IMG/VR virus record: IMGVR_UViG_3300020365_000095
Location: 1-28,542 of that record
Strand: one strand, 5' to 3'
DNA: 28,542 nt
Origin: a virus
Taxonomy: Duplodnaviria; Caudoviricetes
Part shown: one piece after another, positions 1 to 9,400 of the stretch
Position numbering within the stretch: the first letter of the stretch is position 1
Layout of the letters: each line of letters opens with the position of its first letter
The notes under the pieces: model-generated
What the model saw: only the letters and a program-made list of their open reading frames with translations
Database searches by the model: none
What the model was told of the DNA's origin: nothing
Translations under genes and position numbers: made by a program

Positions 1-2570
1 TGACTAATTGTTGTATCTAGTTGTGCTTGATACTTAGATATGTCTGCAGCTAAGTTGTCATAAAATTTAGCAATGTCGTTTTCACTAGTTACGTTAAATT
101 GTTCCATAGTGTTTTTAGCTGCTTGATCAGATAACAAGCCTTGGAACTTAGTTTGATAACTTAGTATTGCAGCTTGTTGATCGTTTGACAAGTTTTGTAA
201 ATCCATTTGTAAGAAGTTTTGAGCATTAGCTACTTGTGCTTGTTGTCTGTTATTTAACCCTGCCATTTCCATTTGTGCAAATGTAGCAGCATTCTGTACA
301 GTTCTAGCTTGCTCAAAGTCTAAATTCTCAAGCTCTAGAGTTTCAATCATTTTGGAATTAGATAGAACTCTAGCTTGTTCTGCGTTAAAAGTCAAGTTAT
401 TAGCACTAAAGAATCGTTCTGATTTAACAACACTTGATTGTTGTGCATTTGTTAATTCTTGTCCTGCTAGAGCAGCTTGAGTTTGTAATTCAGATAATAC
501 GACTTGAGCTTTCGTGCTCATGTTAGACATATCTACTTGTAGATTGTTTGCTGTGTCTTGTAACCTGGCTTGCATCTCATTGCTAAGATTTAGGTTATTC
601 ATTTCAGCAAATCTGCCTGCTTCAATTATATTAGTTTGTTGTGTATTAGTTAAGTTTTGACCTTGTAGAGCTGCTCTTAACTGTGCATTAGCTACCTGAG
701 CAGCTTGTAAGTTAGATAAGCTTGTTGCTCCTAATTGAAAAGCACTTGTACTTTTAGCAAGTTCTGCTTGTTGTTCATTACTTAAATTCTGTAGTTGTGT
801 ACCTCTTTGAGCTGCAGCTACTTCTAAAGCTATTTTTTGCTGATTGTTAAGATTAGTAAGATTCATATTAGAATATACTTGAGCATCAGCTTGAGCAATG
901 GGTAGGGCTGATTCCATAGAGGCTTGCACTATGGCTGCTGCCGCTAAGGAACTAGCTCCCATCCCCCTAGCAGCCATTGTATCATTTGCTGCCCTAATAG
1001 CACCTGCTGCCCAAGTAGGAGTGCCATCATTAAACTGATCCATTAATAAACTTAATTGTCCTTGTACTGTATCTCTAGCTTGTACATTACCTTCAATAAA
1101 TTGTGCAACTACAGTGTCATCTACGTTTAAACTTTTTGCTAAGAAAGTTGCATCACCACTTAATACATATTTTTCTGCAGCTGTTACTTCTCTTTTTAAA
1201 CCATCAGCAGTTGCAGCTGTAGGTATTTCGTTATCTCCTACAACACCAACAGATCTTTGATCATTTATATTAGATACAAAAGTAGATTGTGGTGTATCAC
1301 CTACATATGTTTTTGCGTCAAAGTCAGTTGTTGCAGCTACTGGATTTTCAGTATCAGTAACTGTTCTACTAGGCATTTCATCAGGTGTTATTATTTGCTC
1401 ACCTGGTGTTCCTGTAACAGATCTTACTTTAGCATCTTCTGTTGGGGTTGCTTCTTGACCTACTACTTTAGTACTAACAGTACCATCAGCTCCTACTGCA
1501 GTTCCAGGTGATCCAACTAAAGTTGCAGTACCTTGTTTTGCACCAGGTGATGTAGGTGCTACTGCTGTTCCTGCTTTAGCTTTATCAGCTACTACATCTG
1601 CAAGTTTGTTTAAGTCAAAACCATTCTTTTCTAGTAATTCTTTTGCAGTATCTATTTGTTGTGGAGTATAATCATAAACAGCTTGTGCAGGCATTGTAGG
1701 ATCAGCTACTTGGCCTGCTGTAAAATCTACTATACCTTGTTCTCCACCTTCTGTAGTAGCAGGATCTTCAGACTTTTCTTCACCTGGTTGCAATACTTCT
1801 TGACCTATTTGAATACCATACTGATTAAAGTATGTTACTGTTGTAGTGCCATCTGAATTTTTTACCTCTGTTGTTCTAGCAGGATCTCTTTGTGAAAATA
1901 AAGGGTTTGGTCTAGTGCCTCTACTTACCTCTTCTCCTCTAGAATTATAATATATAACTTCTATAGTTCTAAAGTCAGCAGATAAAGCACCATCTGTAGT
2001 TTTGGTAGGATCTATTTTTGTAGGATCATACTCTTCTTCTGGTTCTGGTGCATTTTCATTTGCTATATTATCTAACTCTTCTTGAGATACCGTTGTACCA
2101 CTTTCATTAGCAGTTTGAACTGCACTTCTAATAGCTTCTGTTTGTTCTCCAGTTAAGTCACCACCTGTAGATTCGACAGTATTAAATATAGCATCGTTTT
2201 CTAAAGTAGTAAGATACTCGTCTGTAGATACACTACCGTCTGGATTAACAAAACCTGCTTCTCTTGCGGCAGTTTCTGCAGCACTTGGGGGAGGATCACC
2301 TGCACCTCCAGGTAAAGTATCATTACCTGCACCTCCAGGTAAAGTATCATTACCTGCACCAGCATTTAAAGTATCATTACCTGCACCACCTGTCATAGTG
2401 CTTGTTAATTTATTTATTTCATCAAAATTTATATTACTTCCAAGAAAATTTAAATTTCCAGTAAATTGACCTGTTGTAGGATCATATTGGTAAGAACCTC
2501 CAGTATTAAATCTACGTAAGGCCTCTGCTCTCATTTGTTTTTCTTTATCTGTCAATGGTACTTTAGGCAT
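1..2570 (-). CDS. Large internal virion / DNA-ejection protein (partial, >856 aa, runs off left edge; absent from ORF track)
   Basis: Hand translation from ATG at 2570 (MPKVPLTDKEKQMRAEALRRFNTGG...) found no stop down to base 3. Acidic T/E/P-rich N-half, Gly/Ala segment (WAAGAIRAANDTMAARGMGASSLAAAAIVQA) and Q/N-rich 22-aa repeats. Location after the tail fibre genes fits podovirus ejection proteins; function is inferred. Confidence 0.8.
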   Translation of the reverse strand, partial: MPKVPLTDKEKQMRAEALRRFNTGGSYQYDPTTGQFTGNLNFLGSNINFDEINKLTSTMTGGAGNDTLNAGAGNDTLPGGAGNDTLPGGAGDPPPSAAETAAREAGFVNPDGSVSTDEYLTTLENDAIFNTVESTGGDLTGEQTEAIRSAVQTANESGTTVSQEELDNIANENAPEPEEEYDPTKIDPTKTTDGALSADFRTIEVIYYNSRGEEVSRGTRPNPLFSQRDPARTTEVKNSDGTTTVTYFNQYGIQIGQEVLQPGEEKSEDPATTEGGEQGIVDFTAGQVADPTMPAQAVYDYTPQQIDTAKELLEKNGFDLNKLADVVADKAKAGTAVAPTSPGAKQGTATLVGSPGTAVGADGTVSTKVVGQEATPTEDAKVRSVTGTPGEQIITPDEMPSRTVTDTENPVAATTDFDAKTYVGDTPQSTFVSNINDQRSVGVVGDNEIPTAATADGLKREVTAAEKYVLSGDATFLAKSLNVDDTVVAQFIEGNVQARDTVQGQLSLLMDQFNDGTPTWAAGAIRAANDTMAARGMGASSLAAAAIVQASMESALPIAQADAQVYSNMNLTNLNNQQKIALEVAAAQRGTQLQNLSNEQQAELAKSTSAFQLGATSLSNLQAAQVANAQLRAALQGQNLTNTQQTNIIEAGRFAEMNNLNLSNEMQARLQDTANNLQVDMSNMSTKAQVVLSELQTQAALAGQELTNAQQSSVVKSERFFSANNLTFNAEQARVLSNSKMIETLELENLDFEQARTVQNAATFAQMEMAGLNNRQQAQVANAQNFLQMDLQNLSNDQQAAILSYQTKFQGLLSDQAAKNTMEQFNVTSENDIAKFYDNLAADISKYQAQLDTTIS
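129..854 (-). repeat. Eleven contiguous 22-aa Gln/Asn-rich coiled-coil repeats (protein level)
   Basis: Units begin NLNNQQ, NLSNEQ, SLSNLQ, NLTNTQ, NLSNEM, NMSTKA, ELTNAQ, TFNAEQ, NLDFEQ, GLNNRQ, NLSNDQ, each exactly 66 nt apart. Confidence 0.85.
2295..2394 (-). repeat. 27-bp tandem repeat (~3.5 copies) encoding RTX-type nonapeptides
   Basis: aaagtatcattacctgcacc at 2314, 2341 and 2368; translates GGAGNDTLN-AGAGNDTLP-GGAGNDTLP-GGAGD. Confidence 0.9.
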
Positions 2571-2580
2571 ATTTCTCTCT

Positions 2581-2748
2581 CTAGCTCATTATAATCTTTA
2601 TTAGCAAACCTATTACAGAAACACTTGCTCCTATAAGTATTGCTTCTATTCTATACAGTCGTTTGTCTATAGCTTCATATCTACTCGTACATGCATCTAC
2701 ATGATCGTCTATCTTTTGATTTACTATGCTTGCAGTAGGTTTAGACAT
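2581..2748 (-). CDS. Small membrane protein, XhlA/haemolysin-like (possible lysis or holin-type); absent from ORF track
   Basis: MSKPTASIVNQKIDDHVDACTSRYEAIDKRLYRIEAILIGASVSVIGLLIKIIMS (55 aa): short coiled coil plus C-terminal TM helix. ATG overlaps the upstream stop (TAATG). Confidence 0.75.
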   Translation of the reverse strand: MSKPTASIVNQKIDDHVDACTSRYEAIDKRLYRIEAILIGASVSVIGLLIKIIMS

Positions 2749-3182
2749 TATGGAGCTTCTACCTCCGTTACTTCGCCTGTTGCACTTATTATTGTTTTGC
2801 TTCCATCTTGGTAAGTAACTGTTCTTCCAAAATTATTAGATGGTGGTGGGTAAGCTTCTCCTTCTTTATAATCTAGTGGGTCAAAGGTATCTTCCAATAC
2901 TTCAGAAACAACATATTTTGGATACAGAGTAAAGCCATCGTCAGGTGTATAGCAATATTTATAACTTTCAAAATCTTCTGGTAAATCGTGTGATGCATCT
3001 ATATATATATTTGCATTTTCTAAAGTTAAATCAGAATAGTAAAAGAAAAAAATATCGGATTCTTTTGATTTTAAACCAATTTTTTTTTGACCATTTTCAT
3101 TAGTATGTTCTTCTATACTCACGTTATCGTCAGCGTTGCAAACAACTTGGTTATTTCTTTTTAATGTTATTAAATTTGGCAT
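2748..3182 (-). CDS. Hypothetical acidic protein, tail-fibre associated
   Basis: ORF track 2748..3224; start moved to ATG 3182 (MPNLITLKR), which has an AAGGAG RBS at 3189-3194. Confidence 0.7.
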   Translation of the reverse strand: MPNLITLKRNNQVVCNADDNVSIEEHTNENGQKKIGLKSKESDIFFFYYSDLTLENANIYIDASHDLPEDFESYKYCYTPDDGFTLYPKYVVSEVLEDTFDPLDYKEGEAYPPPSNNFGRTVTYQDGSKTIISATGEVTEVEAP

Positions 3183-3192
3183 AATTATCTCC

Positions 3193-3477
3193 TTATAAAA
3201 AATCTGGTTTAGTTGGAAAAGCAATATTTGGAAAATCCTCTTGTGCAGGTAAATCTCTTAATGCTTGTCTATATGTTGTAGCTTCTGTTTTTTGTTCATC
3301 TGTTAATGGGCTGTCAGAAACTAAAGCCCAATCACTTTCTTGTAGCAATATGTTTCTTTCTATTTTTGCTTGTTGTAATCTATCTTCTTCTACTAAAGAC
3401 TCATTAACTAAATCATCATTAACTTCTAATGTTACATATTGTTTTGTTGTTGCATTGTATACTTGTGTTTGTGCCAT
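3193..3477 (-). CDS. Tail fibre assembly chaperone (Phage_tail_APC-like)
   Basis: RNILLQESDW...DSPL...YRQALRDLP...FPTKP signature; directly downstream of the fibre gene; GGAG RBS. Confidence 0.88.
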   Translation of the reverse strand: MAQTQVYNATTKQYVTLEVNDDLVNESLVEEDRLQQAKIERNILLQESDWALVSDSPLTDEQKTEATTYRQALRDLPAQEDFPNIAFPTKPDFL

Positions 3478-3486
3478 AACTTACTC

Positions 3487-6400
3487 CTAACCTATAATTG
3501 CGTAAACAGAAACTACGCCTTCCATAATTGCTGTACTTTGCTCTGCTTGACTGTCATCACCTATATAAAAATAAAATCCATCTGCATAATTACTAGTAGA
3601 GCTTCCATTACCTAATGAAACTATACCACGAGCAAAAGCATGATTTGTAGCTGATGAACCCCACCTCCAAGTAGAGCTATAATCGTATGAGCCATTTCTT
3701 AAAGAGTTAGTATATATTGCTCTACCATTTAACTGACCACCATGACCTGATGTATTGTCATAATTTTGTTTAGGATTATCTACATCATTACCACTATATG
3801 CGTCACGAGCAGTACCATCACCTCTTTGTAAGGGAAAACCTGCTGATACTGCTTTAGATGTTTGTACTCTATCACTACTGTCGTAGGCACTAAATATACT
3901 CATATAGACAGTATTACCAGAAAGAACACTAGATGAACCATTGTAAGGCTTAAAAGTAAAATGGTTTCCATCTGATGCAAAACCAATGCCATAATAATTA
4001 ATTTCATACGCTCTAACATTTGATGCTGTATAACTTGATGGTAAACTAATTAAAACATTTTGTGCTGTGCTAGAACCATCTACTCTAAAATCATAAGAGC
4101 CACAGAATATTCTAGCATCTCCGCTAATGGTAGTATCGCTTCTTGTAGGTAATCTTAATCTAGTTGTACCAACAGCTTCACCAACAAATGGGTTATTAGG
4201 ATCAGCATTAATATCACTATCAGGTGTTGTAACAGTTACTAATGCTCCTGTTGATGAAACATAATATTTTGTACCGTCTGTTAAAGAGCTTTGATTTTTT
4301 TCTAAGCTGTTACTAGTAAATGGTAAAACTTGAATAGTATCGCCTGCTGTACCTGCTTCTTGAGCAAAACCAAATGCTAATGCTTTATTTGTAGTATGAG
4401 TTGTTAAGGTATGAGGAATGTTACCTGATGCGTAATATGTATCTCCTCCATCAGTACCAAAACTTGTTGTGTTTTTCCAAACATTACTATCGGTTGAGTT
4501 TACCTGTAACCATTTACCTGCATTAGCATTAGTAAAACTAGAAATAGACATGGTATCAACAATAGCTAACATATTACCAACTTGTATAGCCTGACTTTGT
4601 CCTCCACCACTTACATTTGTAGTTTCTGTTATACCTGTACCACTTGGGCTATAAACTGACATATTTTGATTTAACCCTGGTTGAGCTAGTGAACCTCGTG
4701 GAACAATATAAATATCATTTAGATAATCATAATGTAATGTAGGATTACCTGAACTTATATATGTAGTATTTGAACCATAATTATCCTGTCGAACAGTTTG
4801 TACTGTTAATGAAGATGAACCCATTGCAATACAAAAGAAGTATTTTTTATATTGGTTTCCTGTTCCTGGATTATAATAATGACTTATAGTGTATAAAACC
4901 CTTCCTTTTCCATCAGCTTTTTGTTGGTCTAAACGATAGTTGGCATGGCTTTGAACATTACCATTATGGTCTGAAAGTAGTTGTTCAGTATATTGAGGTG
5001 TCCATGTATATGAACTAGAGCTTCCTGTGTTAGTCCAACAAGTATATCTATGACGAATATTTGTATCAACCCATGCAACTCCTAGCCTATCATTAGTATA
5101 ATCATACATTGTTCTTATAGGGTATTGTTGAGTTTGCATTGAGCCTTGACCATTAATACTTGTGAATTTCTGATTACTTAATGTTGTTGCTTGATATGGA
5201 TTACTTAGACCTGAATCACCATCATATGTTAATCTTCTTGTTGATATTACAAAATGAGATTGATAAGGGTGACTATAGTACATATACCATTGACTACAAG
5301 CAACAACAACCATTTCGTCTGTACCCATAGATATAACAGAACTATCGTTAGACATGTGATCATCATTACTATAATCAGGGTGTCTAAGTAGTTCTAGTCT
5401 TGAATACATTTTAACAATATTGTCACTACTAATAGTAAATGGGTGAGCATATCTTTGAATATTACCTGCACTAGCATGATAATCATAAAATACCATATAA
5501 GTACCACCTTCGGCAGAGTTCATATTTTTATGCCATCTAAGTTCCATTATTTGAGCACTGCCACCTAAATTGTCAGTCGTTATATAAAAATAATCGTAGG
5601 TTTGATTTACAGTAACTTTACCATTTGATTGGCTAGGATTACTACCATGATAATTATGTCCTGCAGACCTATCATACCATGTAGATGACGCAGAGTCATA
5701 TTCGTATATTTGAAATCTTACCCCATAAGATGATGAAGCACCTGAATGAACTATTACATATTTACCACTATCGTTTGCTACAGCACAATTTTGCCAAACT
5801 CTTTTATTAGCACCATAACTACCGCCCAAATCATTACCTGCTGTTGTTAAAGCAGTAGAAGTTGTCGCTGCACCAAAACTAAGATTTTGTGTTGTTGTTG
5901 TTTTTTTAACTTTAGCTGTTTCACCATTACTTTCTTCTGTAACAACATGACCTGCAGATATTGCATCTGATCCTGACGCAATAACCATATCTTGATTTTC
6001 AAAGTTAGGTAAATTTGTTAATTCTAAAGCATCTACAGCAGGTAATTTACTATTTGCATCTAGTCTTACTAATTGGTTTGCATTAGTTCCTGAAGCAGGC
6101 TCTAATTGAATTGATGTAGAACTAAGAGCTTCTCCTAAAAATACTGTTCCTGAAGTAGCTACAGTACCTGAATCAGTAGCAAAATATTTAGTTCCTGCAG
6201 TAAGAGAAGATTGATTTTCATTAACTCCACTATCTATAGTAACATTTACACTTTGTCCGTTAGAAGCAGACGCTGCTGCTAAACCTAAGAAATTAGTACC
6301 AGTTAAGTTTGATACTTGATCTACTGGTGCATGATAAATGGTTAAATATGGCGTACTATCTGCTCCCCATGTAGCTACAATAGGATTGTTATCCATTCCT

Positions 6401-9400
6401 GTTAATGGTCCAAACATAGTACCATGCCCTAAACTATTTGAACTAGCTTTAAGAACATTTTCTGTATCGCTTAAAGTAAGTGTGTTACCACTTAAAGTTC
6501 CTGTTCGTAAAACAACACCTTCTGAAGAACCATCAGCATTCGGCATATAAAATACAAATCTTCCACTAGCAGTTTCATTTGCAGCTTGATGATAAACCAT
6601 TCTCCAATCATATGTGCCATCACCAGGTACAAAATTAGGATATTCTACAGGAGTAGTCCAACTACTTGAATTTGTACCTCCACCAGTAATAGTACCTACA
6701 GAATAGTAAAATTTAGCACTACTTCCGCTTGCACTAGAACCAAATACAACTAAAGCTTTATTATTAACAGGATCATAACCAATAGCAGCTCTAGAGTCTG
6801 AGCCATTATCTTCAGTTTCTACATCTACACTAGAGCCCCAAGTAAATGCAGAACCTGTGTTTTGAACTACTTTAACTTTTATTTGAGAGCTATCGTCATC
6901 ATCTCCATACATATATAAAAATCTATTTGAGCTTGTGTCGTAAACAACATTACTATATCTACTACTTCTTCCTTCGCTAAAATGAGTTCCTGTAACTGCT
7001 GTTTGATGATTTATACTAGGAGAAGAACCTGATAAATCCATTTCCATAGCAGTAACTGTATTGTAATCTGTATCTCCTTCAACAAACACAACAACTTTAT
7101 TTCTGTCAGGATCATATACAGGCACAGAAACAACTCTTCCATTTGCATCTATATTACCTATATCTGCAGGAGTATTTACAGTTAAAGTAGTGCCACTAAA
7201 ACTAGCAGTAGCAGCATAGAATTTATAAGGGTTAGTGCCTCCATCATTTTCAGAGAAAAATATTCCTATTCTTCCTGCGTTAGAATCGTAAGCAACAGAT
7301 GGATCGTCTATAGTTCCTGAACCGCCATCATGTACTTCAACTTCACTACCAAAACTTATAGTTTTATCGGCAGCAACTGTGCCTATTTTAGCCATAAGTT
7401 TTTTATTATCATTTCTTATATAGGCTATTAGTATTTTATCAGTAGTTAAAGCACAACCTACAGGAGCATCTACTGCTGTAGTGCCATGAGATTGAATAGC
7501 TTGTTGCGTACCTATACTTTCAGTAACAGCAGTTACAGATACAGCTACCTGCTCTGCTTGTCCTGAACTATTTAATATTAATGGTTTACCTGCTGTTATT
7601 GAACCAGAAGCTGTAAAAGCAGCAGAACCTCCTCCTGATTGATCTACCCAAGATAAATTATTAGAACCATCTGTTTTAAGAACTTGGTCTGCACTACCGT
7701 CTGTATTAGGTAATACCCATACTTCGTTAGATGATATAGCATCTGGAGCTTTAAACCCTACATAGTTTGCACCATTAGCTGCTAATTCTTGGAATCTTAA
7801 TTCTGTACCATTTCCTGCACTAGAACCATGTGGAGCAAAACTAATACCATTTGCAGCTACTATAGCTGTAGTGTCATTACCATCTTCATCATATTCTATG
7901 CTTACATCTTGATCTGAACCAAGATAAATTTTCTTATCGTCTGCAATATATAAGTCGCCCCATTCAAGAGAGGATGTACCTAAATCAGCACCGCCTGAAG
8001 CATCAGGTACAACAGAAGTTTCTGCTGTAAATGTGTTTGTTCTAATTCCAGAAGTACCATTATCAATAGCACCAAATCCTGAAGTAATAGAACCACCATC
8101 TAATGCTCCTACAGAAGTTATGTTTGTTTGTGCAGCAGTTTGTAGTGTACCTGTAATATTACCAAATACTACATTACCTGCAGTGCCACTAAATACTTCT
8201 GAAGAGTTTGTAGCATCTGGTATAAATGTAAATGCACTTGCAGAATCATCATATCCAAAGAAACCTACTTTAGCATCAGAACCATTGTGCCATCTAAATT
8301 CAATACCTCTATCTTTATTGTCATCAGAACCTGGAGCAGAATCTCCACCTAATGTAAAGATAGGATCATCAATAGTTACTGTAGTAGAATTTACTGTTGT
8401 TGTTGTACCGTTTACAGTAAGATCCCCAGTAACAATTACATTACCTGCAGCAGTAGCATTAGCACCACTAAATGTTAAAGCAGTTGTAGTACCTGATTTA
8501 AGTATTAAGTTACCTGAAGTATTAGTAGCACTACCAAATGTAGTACCTGCATCTTTAAATACTATATCTCCACCATCAGCGTCTAAAGTAACATCACCTA
8601 CTGCATCAATAGTTACCGCACCACTAGATGTTATGTTAGCAGAATCTACACTAGCATAATTACCCATATAACCATGAGCAGAACATTGATAATATAATGT
8701 GCTCGGAGTTTGGTCTGTAACTGCTATAGTTGTATGAGCTCCTGCAGTACCAGGTGTACCGCTAGTTGTAACACCAGTTGTATAAGCTATAGTTTTAGCA
8801 GCATCTAAATAAAATCTTAATGGGTGTCCGCTATTACTACTGTCTGCTTGATCAAATTTATAAAAATACTCTGTAGAAGATGTAACACTATCTGCACCAT
8901 GTAATTTAATAGCAGGAGATTCTACACCATTTAAGAAATAACCACTAGAGCTGCCATCTGAATAGTATGGATGAGCTGCAGTTTTAGAAGCTACAGTAAC
9001 TGTAAATACTACTGGACTACCTGTAGGACCATATATACCTGCTGAAGCATCTGCAGATAATATACCTACATCTGTTATATCTTTTCCTTGTGCATCTAAA
9101 TCACCGCCTAGTTGTGGTGTAGAGTCCTCAGAAACATTAGATATAGCACTTGATGTAGCAAGACCTGATACTAAATTAGATCGTGTAATTTTCTTTAAAC
9201 CGCCACCAGAAGCATCTATTGCCATTAAAACATCATCACTAGCGACAGTGCTTATTTCACTTAAATCAGTAACAGCAGTAGGCTCAAAATCTGTACCATC
9301 TGCAATAAGAAGTTTACCTGCAGTGTTAGAAGCCATAGCTAATTTACCATTTAAGGTAAGTGTAGTACCATCAAATGTAAGGTTAGATTCACCATCTAAT

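Noticed and set aside
2295-2394. 27-bp repeats as a CRISPR array
   Set aside because: Head-to-tail, in frame, no unique spacers, no cas genes.
3487-4150. Diversity-generating retroelement target at the fibre tip
   Set aside because: No template-repeat copy and no reverse transcriptase in the window; cannot be excluded for the rest of the genome.
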